Made by a program: the position numbers and the translations under genes. The notes beneath the pieces were generated by a model. It did not search any database, was not told where the DNA came from, and saw only the letters and a program-made list of their open reading frames with translations. Source: Lama glama (lineage: Eukaryota). Taken from it: DNA of 64,000 nt. The stretch spans positions 29,390,001 through 29,454,000 of the forward strand of contig CM052816.1 of the NCBI GenBank assembly GCA_028534125.1, read 5' to 3'. Each line of letters opens with the position of its first letter. The first letter of the stretch is position 1. Below are positions 25,701 through 38,695 of the stretch, piece by piece.

Positions 25701-25831
25701 GACTTTTATTTTTTGGCTGGGGGAGCTAATTAGGTTTATTTATTTTATTTTTTAATGGAGGTCCTGGGGATTGAACCCAGGACCTCATGCATGTTAAGCA
25801 TGCACACTGCCTCTGAGCTATACCCACCCCC
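25701..25831 (-). mobile_element. tRNA-derived camelid SINE, long form
   Basis: Reverse complement of the head plus the 3' module. TSD CAGCAGCTGCCCACTT (25685-25700) / CAGCAGCTGCACACTT (25832-25847). Confidence 0.9.
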
Positions 25832-26329
25832 CAGCAGCTGCACACTTTAAAAAAGCAGCAGCCTCACCTCTCTCAGAGTGGGAATGTTGTTTCCTTTCAG
25901 TTAAGAACTAGCATCCGGCACTGGGCCACCTGAATATATATACTAATAAATCCCAGATGAGAATTCCAGACACCTCTTTACTCAAGGCATGAACTTCTCT
26001 CAGGCGATAAACATTCTATTAAGCAAATCTCCTAGGAGCCAGCTTTCCCTCAGAGGCTGTTTGCATTTACAATAGGCTGCATTTTCTAAGGCCAATTTGG
26101 GATCCATCATTGTACAATATATAATTAATTTTGTCATCTATTTTCTTAACGGATGAAATTAACCTGTGAATTTAAAAAGGTAGCATCCTAGTTGTACCAA
26201 ATATCCTGTTATCTGGACCAGAGGATGGAAGAGGTATCCCACTTGGCCATAGTACCAAATTCTGAACCAGCCACCCAGTTTAGAAACAAACAATTTATAT
26301 GTTTAAATGAAGCTATGCTTAACATCACC

Positions 26330-26630
26330 AGCAGTAATAAGTATAATTTGTCCAGCACCTACTATGTGCTAGGTATTCTGCTCTGCACATGACAGAACAC
26401 CTCTCACCTCTTACTATGCATCAGCAAGCTGGTATTTTCTAGCTCTTGAAGTGCTTCTGCATACACTGCCACTGACCCTCAGAATAAGCCTGTAAGGAAA
26501 AGATCTTACTGGCTCCCTTTGCTTCTGATGAGGATACAGATCCTCTGAGAAATTAAGTGGCTGGCCCAATGTCACTTAGCTAGGACTGAATGTGAACTGA
26601 GACCAGAATGCGGGTCCTCTGACATCATTC
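26330..26630 (-). mobile_element. MIR relic
   Basis: AGCACCTACTATGTGCTAGG...GATGAGGA...GCCCAATGTCAC. Confidence 0.55.
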
Positions 26631-27179
26631 TGTGCTACTTCTCTCTTTGCTGTGGTGTGTCTGAACGAGCAGAGCACAGATAATTTTACTGCAAGGCAAA
26701 CAGGCCACATGCTGCAGAAGAAGAGGGACAGGGAGCAGCCAGAATGGCCAGACAGCAAAGCTGACCTGGAGGCTCGAGCCTGGCTGACTTGGAAGAAGAG
26801 GGAGCCAGACATGAACAGAAAAGGGGAAGTCTGGCGGAGGAACAGGTGTGGCAAGGGGGGAGGTGGGTCTGCCTCACACGTCTGAGTCTGAAGTCTGAGG
26901 GAGACCACCACTGTGGGGATGTGCTAGAGCCGCTTCTGCTCCTACAGACCTCACAGGCTTTGATGAAAATATTTCCAACAGATTGCATTTCTCTTCACCA
27001 AACAAAAGGGACACAGGTTTTTGTTGTTATTTTTTTTTTTTTAACAAAGTAGACTACTGCTGTTGATCACATTATTCTGTAATACAGATAGGAACCTACA
27101 TTTGCTCACTAAACCCTGCCTGATAAAGTTGTCCTTTTTCATTGTCTTTACATTTAGTCAACAATTCCTACCCAATTTC

Positions 27180-27370
27180 TTTTTCTTAAGACTGATTTAT
27201 TTTTTTGTTTTCACATCCTTCATATACTTTTTTTGTTTGCTTGTTGTGGAGCTTGTTTTGGGGGGGGAGTAATTAGGTTTATTTATTTATTTTAACAGAG
27301 GTGCTGGGGATTGAACTCAGGACCTCGTGCATGCTAAGCATGTGTTCTGCCACTGAGCTATACCGTCCCC
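27180..27370 (-). mobile_element. tRNA-derived camelid SINE, long form with extended tail
   Basis: Reverse-complement head at 27295-27370. TSD ATTCCTACCCAATTT / ATTTCTATCCAATTT. Confidence 0.88.
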
Positions 27371-28084
27371 TATTTCTATCCAATTTCAAGAGGCAAGAAG
27401 AAGCATGCGATCGACATACCACATTCTTCTTCATGGCTCTAGAAAGCCTGCCCAATACACAGATCTATAGAACAGATGTACTGCTCTTAATATATGGCAG
27501 TAATGTTTTCAGAAGGGAGAGGAGAGACAATGGGTTCTGAAATCAGTAAAGTGAAATTGCATATTTTCACTTTAAAATTATCTTGAAAATTTCTTAAATG
27601 GCCTGGAAAGTACTGTACCATCTACACAATACTTATTAGTTCCTCTAAATCTTAGTCTATGTTTGTCTGCATTTGCCAATCATATATTCAGTTCCTCCTC
27701 CATGATGATGACAGAATGGTCTCCTGAACGATGTGCGTCCCATTCTGCTGGTGGTCAGAACCCTTAAAACTCGCGCATTCCACTGTTTTCATCAACGTGT
27801 GGCCATTACTCGTTCAACGTAAGCAATGCAGAGGGTTACTGCCCGGTCATGAGTGGCTGAATGGGAATGGTCAGGATTTCCTGACACCTGTCTTCTTCTT
27901 CAGGGTCAGATGTTACTATTTATTGACAGCCTGTAACAATCCCTCTATATCTCCACTTGGAGGTACAAGGGACCCAGGGAGAAACAAAGGTTGAAGGAGG
28001 AAGTCAGGGGCTCATCCTCTGCTCCAGAGGAAGCTGTAGAAGTCACTGTTCAGATGTCATCTTCATCTATGTAGTTCTTCATTT

Positions 28085-28700
28085 TGCAAACATTTCTTGA
28101 GTATCTACCATGTACAAGTGTAAGGCAAATGGTGTAGATCAAACAGTCATGGTACCTGCTCTCACAGAGCTATAGTATAGGTGGGAGGCGGAAGGACACT
28201 AGTGAAAATATAGTATGATAAGTGCAATAGCACAAAAGTGTGGGGTGCTGTGAAGGCCCCAAGGGTAAATATCTAAACCAGACCTGGGAGAGAGAGTTAC
28301 CAAGGAAGGCTTCCTGAAAGAAGTGCTGCCTAAGCTAAGACTTGAGGGTCAAGGGATTAGTCAAGGAAGGGCAGGTGAGAGAGAAAAGAAGGAAGAATGG
28401 TTCCAAGTAGAGTTAGCACCATGTGTAACGGTCCAGAGGGGAAGAATAACTGGTGAGAAAGGAAGGCTAAAGAAAAAGCCAATGGATATGATAATGAGCT
28501 GGCCATGAGGGATCTTTGAGAAAGATGATTTAGTAACAGGACTAGACACAGGAGCCCAATTGCAAAGGGTTGCAGAATAAGCTGGTGTTACAGTAGTAGA
28601 GAAAGGACTGGGGGACTATTCACTTATGCAAGCACGCTGAAAGGAATAAATTGGGAGAGTACTCTGAGGAGAAAGCACGATCAAAAGAACACATTTTCAG
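28085..28700 (-). mobile_element. L2 relic
   Basis: CAAACATTTCTTGAGTATCTACCATGT...CTGCTCTCACAGAGCT...GGAAGGCTTCCTG. Confidence 0.55.
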
Positions 28701-29534
28701 CACAGCAGAATTGAGTGGCTTGGCTGAAGGAATATTTAAATTCCCACAGCTCTCTCGCTGGTCAACACAAAACACAGGGAAACTGGGTGCCATCTATCAC
28801 ACACAAAAACACATTTGCAAGAATTCTGTATGTTCTCTGACACAAGTTTCAGTCATGCAAATGAAAAAGAATGAAGTTAACACCCCCTCCAAGCTTCATG
28901 GCTGGTGCTGGTCTGGCAGGTCTTACCTGAAGCAAAGCAACACAAGGTGTTATCTGTGAGGCGCCTGGGAGGCTCCCAAGCCTGAAATTATCCTCTTAGC
29001 ACTACAGGAAATGCTCTCATTAGAGAGACGGTACTTTGAGCTAAACATTGCCTTATTTTCTGTTCTACCATCAGATTCTTTTCAAAATACAGGCGTCCCT
29101 TGGAGGAAAGGCCTATGGATGACTAAGATCTAAGAGTAGATGAATTCACTGATTTCTTTGTTGCTTCATAGGGCATCCCAGGTGGAAGCAGGAATGCAGA
29201 AGTTAAGAGTATGGGAGGGTGGAGGGCTGGAGAGGTGGAGACGTGGAGGGCTGGAGGGGTGGGGAAGGAGTAAACGCCAGCTTATCCCACTCCCAATCCA
29301 CCCTGCTTACTGACCCCAAGCCTGCCCAACACCAGGAAAAGCCAAAGAAGAGTAAATAAACCCAGCAGACAGCTTGCCAGGCAGGTGTGTGAGTCTCAAA
29401 TGCTTGGGGTTCTTTATCTTCAGTGATGTTAATTCTTCTAATGATGTAAAATACTCAGTACAGTATTGATCGAGATTTCCATCTTTGTTTCTCTAAGTGG
29501 ATCAGCCTCCAAAGGATACGGAACCAAAGAAGTG

Positions 29535-30425
29535 ATTTTTTTTAATTGAAGCATAGTTGATTTACAATGTTGTGTTAGATTCTGATATACAGCATAGTGA
29601 TTCAGTTATAATACATATATATGATCTTTTTCATTATAGGTTACTACAAGTTATTGAATATAGTTCCCTGTGCCATGCAGTAGGACCTTATTGTTTATTC
29701 TGTGTATAATAGTGTGTATCTGCTAATCCCAAACTCCCAATTTATCCCTCCCCCACTCCTTCCCCTTTGGTAACCATAAATTTGTTTTCTATGCCTGTTT
29801 TGTACTTAAGCTCATTTGCGTCATTTTTTTTTGGTTCCACATATAAGTGATATCATACAATGTTTGTCTTTCTCTGTCTGACTTACTTCATTTAATCTGA
29901 TAATCTCTAGATCCATCCATGTTGCTACAAATGGCATTATTTCATTCTTTTTGTGGCTGAGTAGTATTCCATTGTGTGTATGCGTGCGTGTGTGTGTGTG
30001 TATACCACCACTTATCCATTCAACTGTCAGTGGACGTAGGTTGCTTCTATGTCTTGGCTATTGTAAATAATGGGGCTAGGAACATTGGGGTTTATGTATC
30101 TTCACAAATTGGAGGTTTCTCCAGATATATGCCCAGGAGTGGGATACTCTATTTTTAGTTTTTTAAGGAATTTCCATACTGTTTTCCATTCTGGCTGCAC
30201 CAAATTACAAGTCTACCAAGCGTGTAGGAGGGTTCCCTTTTCTCCACAGCCTCTCCAGCATTTATCGTTTATAGACTTTTGAGTGATGGCCATTCTTACT
30301 GGTGTGAGGTGATACCTCACTGTAGTTTTGATTTGCATTTCTCTGGTAATTAGTGACACTGAGCATCTTCTCATGTGCCTATTGGTCATCTGTATGTCTT
30401 TATCAAAGAAAGTCTGTTTAGGTCT
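29535..30425 (-). mobile_element. L1 fragment: ORF2 C-terminal region plus 3' UTR
   Basis: Minus-strand translation [31 protein letters not shown]...[13 protein letters not shown]. Confidence 0.92.
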
Positions 30426-30654
30426 CAAAAAATTCATTTTCTTTGAGGACATAATGTCTTTTGAAGTATTTGCAATTTGCAGATAAAGATTATGCTGGCC
30501 CACTTCTACCAATGGCAGCTAGTCCTCTAATCTAAGGTAAAAAGCTAAAATCCATTATAAAAACAAAAATACAGAAGGCTCACATCCAAAAAAGCTGGCA
30601 TCTCTAAAGCTAAGCAAACATACCAATGATAGCTGAAGTTAGCTGGCTTATAGC

Positions 30655-30873
30655 CCAAGAATCACAAACTGGCAGCCTTAGGACTGAATCTAGCTCAGAG
30701 TCTTCTTGGGCCAGAGAAGTTTTATATTTTCACCTGAACTTCAAACCCTTTAGATGGGAACTAAATGCAAGTTTGCCACAGGCCTCAAGACTTCCAACTG
30801 CTCATATAAAGCACTATTTACACATTCATCTTTCTTGCCTGGTTCCTGTAGACATTTGCGCTTAGGACCACTG
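30655..30873. mobile_element. Degenerate hAT MITE (MER58/MER45-like)
   Basis: Starts CAAGAATCACAAACTGGCAGCC...GACTGAATCTAGC and ends GACCACTG. Confidence 0.4.
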
Positions 30874-32812
30874 GTTTATACAGTCTGTTGTTAAAAAAAA
30901 AACCTCTCCTACAAGGTAGAGCTCCAGCATTGATGTTTCAGAGCAGAGCACGTGAGGGTTACAGGGTGGTAGGATCACTAAAAACACAATAAACCACAAG
31001 GTACAACACAACTTGCAATCAGAAGCTTAACAAAACGGGAGACCAAAAACACTGGTGGAGCTTGTTGTTCCAGGATAAGCTACATGACCATGGCTTTGAA
31101 ACCACTGTTTAACAGGGGCATCTGCCACAAATCACCATCTGATCTCACTGCTCCCACAAGATCCCTGACATCTGGATGTCACAGAACACAAGCTTGGCAG
31201 CCAAAATCCAAGCCTGGCTTGGCAAAGGAAGCAACCCCTCTGTTCAGTGAGCCGTGCTCATACCGCAGTATCTGTGGTATCCAACTGACAACACTCAGCT
31301 TGGAGCAGTTCACACCCAGCGCTCCACCAGTCCAGCCACTTGATGGCTATTTAAAACATTTATCGCACACGATACAGAAACTGGGTCATCACCTGTCTGC
31401 CCGTAAGTGTTGGCAAGGAGGCTTTAAGTCCCCACCCCTAACCATATCTCAGTTCCATGTGACACTTCCTATCACACTATCCATAGAAGCTAAGAATCAG
31501 AAAGCTGGTACTCTAAGGAAGCTTTTGAGGTCCTCTGAATCTCCTCATTTCTCACACTTGTTCACAAATGAGAAGTTAGGTCCAGTAAGCTGATATGACA
31601 AGTCCAAAGGCTCATCACACAAGTGTTTTAAGAGGGACGAGAATGCAGATCTATGAGATCTCCACTGTGGAGACGTCTTCTCTGCGAGCAGCCCCTTGGG
31701 ACAGCCTCCGCGTCCTTCTGCAGCCTAGCCCAGTGTTCCTGGATTTGATTTCTGTGACCCACATGGGCAGCCTAGTTCACTCGAGGTCATCACTAAGGTT
31801 TAGGTCAACACCCACTGACAACAGAGGGATTCCTCCCTCAGGGATGAGGCAGGGAATACTGGCTGGTTGGGAACAAGGCTCAGGAATCTGGAATCCTATA
31901 CCCCAGCCACAGATTTCATCTACAGAGATGAACTGGCATCTCTTCTAGTCTAATGTACTTATCACAAAGGGGTGTTTTCTTTGTATTACCCTGCCTTTCA
32001 CTCCACCAAGAGCCCTCTGAATGCCACACCCCCTTCCCCTGCCCTAGACAGCCATTCTCCTGGAGGTCCTGTCTATAGTAAACTAAACAAAATTCCTTAA
32101 GATCAACTGTCCTATTTTGTTTATTTATGTGCAGCTTCAAAGTCTTCACATTCCAGCACAGGCTGGAAGCCCCCTCTCCCACAGGGCCAAGTCTTGTCTG
32201 TCTGCTGAGAGCAACCCCCTGGGGTTGGGGGGGGTGCTGAGAAACCTTAGAGACACAGACAGGGAGGAGAGCCCGAGAGGTAGGACCCGGTCCCGGAGCG
32301 TGCTCCTACACTTCCAGCGTGCTGCTGCCCAGGCATCCCTGATGGCCTACTTGATGGAATTTCTGTGAGGCCACCCTTGCCCCAGATGGGTGGCTGTTGT
32401 CTTGACGGGGACTGAAAGGGCAAGACTTGTAAGGAGGGACAAGGAGCAGGGATGGTGTGTGTATAAAAGCTCCAGATCTTAATTTGGAAGCAGGAGCCAG
32501 GAGCCAGGTCTGGCCTGCCCCAGGATATCTCCCAGGAACCAAAGGTGTGGTGAGAAGCTCAGGGACACATTCACTGAGGGGTAAGAAGGTGTTAAGTTAG
32601 CGGAGAAGGGGCAGATCAACAATGGAAAGCACAGACCTATTCAGGTCAGGCCAGAATTTTGCCTTGGGATGTGCTCAAAGTCCACTTGGGGCTGCTTGTT
32701 AAAAACACACAGCACACAGCTAATCGCATTTCTCTACTTCCACTGCAGTCTTAGAGGTGAAACACTGAATTCCAACAGAAGGACCTTCTGAAAGCTGGAG
32801 AAATCAGCTAGG

Positions 32813-32932
32813 TATTTTTTTTTCTTTTTAAAGAAATTTTAATGCTTAAAAAATTTTTTATAGAGGTACTGGGGATTGAACCCAGGACCTTGTGTACGCA
32901 TACACTATACCACTGAGTTATACCTCCACCCA
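32813..32932 (-). mobile_element. tRNA-derived camelid SINE, short form with small internal deletion
   Basis: GAGGTACTGGGGATTGAACCCAGGACC...CCACTGAGTTATACC with a T-rich tail. Confidence 0.85.
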
Positions 32933-34499
32933 CGCTTAGCTACATTTTTAATCAGGCTGTTTTTGGAGGTCTTTAAAGGAGCACTCTCATTCTCTGTCAC
33001 CCACATACAGCAAATATCTGTTCTTAGCTAGAAATGTTTCTTGCCAAGTTTTGTTAAGGCCTGCTTATTGCTCCTAGCAGCACCCGCAAAAACACCTGCA
33101 TCACTGCATTTGCTTTGTTATCTTGAGTTTTCATAATGGAATTTCCTCCAGCAAGTACTCCTTCTCAGGTTCTCACCAAAGCCAGCTCCAAAGAGCTCCC
33201 CCAGGAACACACTTACTCTCGTAAAGACCAAGAACCAAAGGCCCACAGGGGTCTGTGCCTTCAGGCTCCCAGGGAGACAAAGAACTTTACTGAAAGGATT
33301 CCAAAGAATGCAACCCCAATGGTAATGGGATTTCAGAGCTCATTTACAGACAGACCACACAAATGAACATACGAAATTACCTTGTTTGGCAGAAAAGAGA
33401 GAGAGAGAGTGATAGTGAGTGACAAAGTACTATGCAAACAAATGTAAATGGAAAATAAGGCGATGATGTGAATTTCTCATTACCTCTGGTGGCAGCTCTG
33501 CTTTAGGAGGAAAGGAAAGAAGGGGCAAGAGAGTCAGGGATGAGTTAGTTTCCCCCACAAGATGGGACGACCTTGTACAAAGACCTCACGTTCTTTTCTC
33601 CTCAAGGTACAGGCCACGGGTGATTAAAGGAGACGGCTGATGCAGGCACAGTCACTCTCCTCTCTCCTTAGCACTGGTCTCATCCTCATCAGAAAGTGAG
33701 ATTCAAGGATTTGGCCTGTGTCCAGAGGACAACTGTCATAGGAGCTAAAGGAGATGGAAGGGGAAAAAAGCTGGAACGGGCTCATGGTAAAGCAAGAAGG
33801 CAAAAAACGTAGGGCCAACATTATCCAAGTTAAGCTGTCTTGGATAATAACCAATCGCTCTCTCCTCACCAGGTAATCCTGTTTTCAAATTCATTTTAAG
33901 TAATATGAAATATTCAACCTTACAACTTTCATGGTGAGGTATGATACTGAGAGCTGTGATCAAACACTTGGGGCTACAGAAATCATTTAACTATATTCCA
34001 ATTAACTTAGAAATGAATGTAGGGTAGCTTTAAGAGATGGCAGGCTCTTGGGTTTAACCACTGGCAAAACCCAAAGGATTTTTTGCCATACTCAAACAGA
34101 GGAAGGCATTTTTGGCAGAAGACTCCTCTGAGACAAGAAGTCTGATCCTTGTGTTTGCCATGAGGCCTCTCTAGGTGGGGAGGACACACTGGGGAAACAA
34201 CCAAGATGAACCCTGCTGAAACCGCTGCTGGAGGAGCCCACAGCATGTGGCTTCCCCTTGGACCACTGCACTTGGATGTCTGGGCCAACATGTGGTTTGC
34301 ATCCCAGCTGGGCAGGCAGGGGGTGGGGAGGTGTTAGGAGGCAGGTTCCCTTCCAGGCTCTGGCACTGAGATGCTGAATAACCACGGACACCTGACTTGA
34401 TTTCTCTGTCCTAAATTTCATCTGTAAGATGAGATGATTAGACTAGATCAAACAGCTTCTCCTCTTGTGCCCCATGTAAGCCAGATTCATTATAACTGT

Positions 34500-35000
34500 C
34501 CAAAACCTATCCCCTAATCGGGCCTCTCACCAAGTCTCCAGCTCATCCTCCATCCTCTTTCTCATCAGCACTGTGGCTGTTTCTGGAACACCATGCTCAC
34601 TCCCATCTCGGGACCTTGACATCTGCTTGCCCTCTGCCTGGAATGTTCTGATCCAGGACACTCACAGGTGTGGCTTCCTCACATCTTTCAAGTGAGTCTA
34701 ATATCACATTCTCTGTGAAGATACACATTGCAAATCCCCCCCCCCACACATACACACACACACACAATTTTCATCCTCCTATTCAACTTAAAACAGTTTT
34801 TTTCCTACTTAGCACTCAATAGTATCTCACCTGCTGTATATTTTACTTATTTCTTTATTGTCTGTCTCCCCCAGTAGAATGTCTGCTCTCCAAGGGCAGG
34901 GAGTTGTGTCTGCTTTATTCACTGGCATATCCCTGTACCTGGGGGAGTCCCTGACACAGAGGAGGAGTTCAGTAAGTTGTGTGGAATGGATGCACACACT
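34500..35000 (+). mobile_element. L2 3' end
   Basis: TGCCTGGAATGTTCT...AGGGCAGGGAGTTGTGTCTGCTTTATTCACTG...GTTGTGTGGAATGGATG. Confidence 0.7.
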
Positions 35001-35445
35001 GATGAGTGAAAGGGAGGGCAGGAGTACAGCTCTCTCCCATGTCTTCCAGCTCTGAGGTTTGTGGGCTGCATTGTCTACGGTCGGAGGACTCTCCTCTGCC
35101 ACTTCTGTACAGGATGGACTCTATAACCACATGGAACAACAAGCCCGCCCCGAGACATCTGTGGTGTGCTTTCACTCTGCCGCAGGTCCTCTCAGGGCTG
35201 CTTCCTTATGCTCCACGCTCTGAGCTGAAGGGCCACATACACCCTACACTCTCAGAAAGATCACAGCCTCCAAATGTGGTCTATGGGGAAATTCTTTATA
35301 TTGGTACTCAGCTCCATTTTCTAAATCCATCTCCTTTCTCTAACTCTTCATCTAAAATCCCCAGGGGAAAGAGAAGCAAGCTCTACTGCCAAGAGACCGC
35401 ACTGTTCATCTCACCTGCAGTGAGAAGAGGCGGTGATGCTCCCAG

Positions 35446-35476
35446 TGCATTTCAGCCGGTTCCACTAGGTGGCAAC
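35446..35476 (+). promoter_or_regulatory. Candidate CTCF site
   Basis: Core CCACTAGGTGGCA at 35462-35474 fits the CTCF consensus, with an upstream-motif-like TGCATTTC at 35446-35453. Confidence 0.6.
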
Positions 35477-36235
35477 GTGGTCTGGGTATGCTCATATCCA
35501 AGGCTGAAGTTTACTAGCAGCACAGAGAACAGATGCCCCCCAGCCCCCGCCGCAGCACCCCTCCCATTGCCTGCTACACTTATCGCCTTGACTCCTCTTC
35601 ACTTCCAGCCTCGCTATTTTCAACTAATAATTTACAGTTTGCTCTTGAATGGTTTATGCCCACTCATGAATGCATTTAACTTAATCTCTCCAGCCTTGGA
35701 AGCTTTATGTATGCTTCTTTCTGCCAAAGCACGTTATTTACACCCACCTTCCCGTAGAACTCTACCCCAAACTCACTTCTCCCACAAAACTCCTGCAACC
35801 AAGCCTGGCTCTGATCCCAACTGTATATACACCATGATACACAGTCACAGACATGTAGCCATTTTTATATATCATACAGACTGTGCCTATATACAAATAG
35901 AAAGAAAGTTGACAGAGAATCATATGTACAGCTCTGGGCATCTGGTAGGCAAATGTACGTTTTTATATAAATGATGTGCAGGTAACCACATACCATACAA
36001 CAGAGGCCGTCACAGCGCTACGAAACAGCACTGGCTGCCAGGGGTTCAACCCATGGGCCAAGAAACTACATATATTAACACTCATCTATGTTTTCTAATT
36101 TCAAGTTCCTTTCTAGCATTCCATTTAAGGTCCCAAAAGTCTTGTGAGCATAAAAATTTTAGATAAACCTCAACAAATACTATCTACAGACTTGAGCAAA
36201 AGTGTTAAATACAAATATAACTTTATGGGCTATTT

Positions 36236-36360
36236 ATTGTTTTTTAATTTTGGGGGGAGATAACTAGGTTTGTTTGTTTATTTAATCGAGGTACTGGGGA
36301 TTGAACCAGGACCTCGTGCATGCTAAGTGGGCACTCTACCACTGAGCTACACCCTCCCCT
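36236..36360 (-). mobile_element. tRNA-derived camelid SINE, long form
   Basis: Reverse-complement head, flanked by GGGCTATTT direct repeats. Confidence 0.88.
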
Positions 36361-37039
36361 CCTTTAAAGGCTATTTTAAATGCTTTCTTTATTTCAATCC
36401 TTGAAAACTTTTCCATTTTACCTTAAAAATAAAATTGTCTACTTGTAGAAGCATTAAGTAAGGCTGAAAACAAGCCTAAGGTGTATTTTAAAAGCACAAA
36501 AACCCTTAAGTATGGGGTCAAACTGCTTACTGGCTGTTAGGAGAAATGGTAGAGGCGATGTTCTGACAAGCATTTACATGATGGGAGAATAGAAATAAAC
36601 ACCCTGGCTTTGCAAGTCTCCACGAGGTGTTACCGCCATTACTAGACCACTGGGAACGAGAGACGTCTGAGAGTTGATGAGCACACAGAAATTCTAAGAA
36701 GGAAAAACTGCAAGCAAAAAAGTTATCAATCATTTCAGAGCCCCATTTCTGAAACATCTCAATCCTTCGTTTACTAATGAAATTGTCTACACGCAAACTT
36801 CAGATGCCATTTTTTCCACCCACAGTACTCCAACCTCTCTCAGCTGAACACGCGTTCTCCACACTGAGAGTCACAGCAAAGGAAAAGCAGTGATTTATGG
36901 AACACAACCACTTTAAAGCCGTGACCAAAGGTTATTTCCCTGTAGACAGTGACACCATGGTGCTTAGTCATCTGAACATTCCACCAGATTCCGACAAAGC
37001 TGTTACAACCAAGTGAGTCTCAGGGTAATTTTAACTCAC

Positions 37040-37052
37040 CTAGTTTCAGCAT
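37040..37052 (-). CDS. TNFAIP8: TNFAIP8 alternative upstream exon, coding part MLKL plus phase-1 G
   Basis: Minus strand GGGAAA ATG CTG AAA CTA G|gtgagt: perfect donor consensus, A at -3, and the same phase as the MHSEAEESKE exon. Matches my recollection of a human isoform containing ...GEKMLKL-VATDVF. Confidence 0.75.
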
Positions 37053-38299
37053 TTTCCCCCGTATCTATCAGTTTCACCGTCTCGGAAGAGTCACACAGAC
37101 CAGAGGAACATACACAGCCTCCCTGTTGATGTTGTATCCTATGTCATCCACATCGCGCCAGGGAGAGTCAGCCCTCCTCGAGAATAATTCAAAAGAATCT
37201 GTGCCGTCCTTTCGAAAAATCAGCTATAAGCTCACCAAACAAACGCACAGACGACACTGGTCACCAGCAGTCACTTTAAAAGTTGTCTTGCTTGTTATTC
37301 TGGGAGCTGGGTTTCGTCACCTATAGTGGAACGCATTATTGTAGCCTTTAATTGTGAATCCAGAGAGGTCTCCACGTCCACAGCAGGGACGGACTGGTTG
37401 CTGCCTGCACTTGAACTACTGCCGCACAGAAACACAGGGATTACCTGTGATAGGTGAACAGGAGATATTTTCAAAATCAAACAGAAACAGGAAGTCTAAT
37501 GTTTCAACATGCTAGAAAAGAGTAACAGATACTTCAAAAAAAAAAAAAGGGAGCAGCCCTAATCACAGATGCCTGAATAAAATTTAAAAAAAAATTTACA
37601 CACACACAACTCATTCCTACCTGGCCAGTATAAACATGAATGTCTATTAATAGTAAGTATTGCTTAAAGGTGTTCTTGTTCTCAGGAGAACAAGAGAACA
37701 AAGTTTGGGCAACATTGCTACTTAAAATCATTATTCTTTTGCTTTTGAAGAGAACGTAAGGTTTTTATAAAGAATGGACACATGACTACATCCAGGCACA
37801 CTCAATACACACATGTACATATGTAGAGATACATGCATACATCCACTCTCAGTCTTTTTAGAAGCTTATTTATTTGCCTGGGGATTTGACAGTTGTCACC
37901 ACCCACAAATCTTTCCCTTATCCATCTCCACCAGGCAAGGTTCCGCCAGTCCCACAAAGCCCACTACAAGTGCACCACCTCAGTGAATCCTCTTCCAGAG
38001 GATCCCAATCAGGTGTTAGCATCTCAGCCTCTTCCTTTAACCCCCACGGCAAATGACTGAGCCTCCTTGGTAACACTTCCTGAGTACCTGTCATAGTTGT
38101 CCTTATGTTATCTTTGGTGGCCTATCTAGCTTATCCCAGACTATGTGGTAAGTTTCTCGACTTCATTTTTATCTTCTGTAATAATAACACTGCATTGTGC
38201 CTACTAGGTACTCAGCAAAAAAGATACCATGTGGAATACAATGGACAAATGCTCTGGAATCTGCTAGTCCTGATTCAAATTCCAGCCATGCTGCCGGAA

Positions 38300-38340
38300 T
38301 TTTGTAGACTTGGTTTTGTAGACTTTGCTTTGTAGACTTG
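38300..38340. repeat. 14-bp tandem repeat x3 (core TTTGTAGACTT)
   Basis: Direct reading. Confidence 0.85.
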
Positions 38341-38695
38341 CAAGTTACTTCACCTCTCTGAACAATTCTGTTCTGTTAGAGGAGAAGAGCATCACCTACC
38401 TTATAGAACTGCCATCAAGATGTAGAGAACCATGGGAAGCAAATAACATACTGCCTGATGCCTAGCAAGCACTTGAATAGCAATAAGTATTGTTGACCTG
38501 AATTAAAATCAAATGCCTACTACTAATTTAGGTAAGTGGCTGAAAGAAATACCAAATAAATACCAACTGACAAATATATCACACATTTCTTATTTTCTCT
38601 AGTCTACATGATCATGCGAGTAACTCACAGAGGTTTGATGTCTATACCTTAGAAACCATCCTTTTGTGTTCCATTGTGTTATCTCCTCAAATTCT

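Noticed and set aside
35006..35974. Longest ORF in the track (322 aa, + strand)
   Set aside because: Non-ATG start, no recognisable domain, composition typical of translated non-coding DNA, and antisense within a TNFAIP8 intron.
38300..38340. Short direct repeats as a CRISPR-like array
   Set aside because: Head-to-tail tandem units without spacers, in a mammalian intron.
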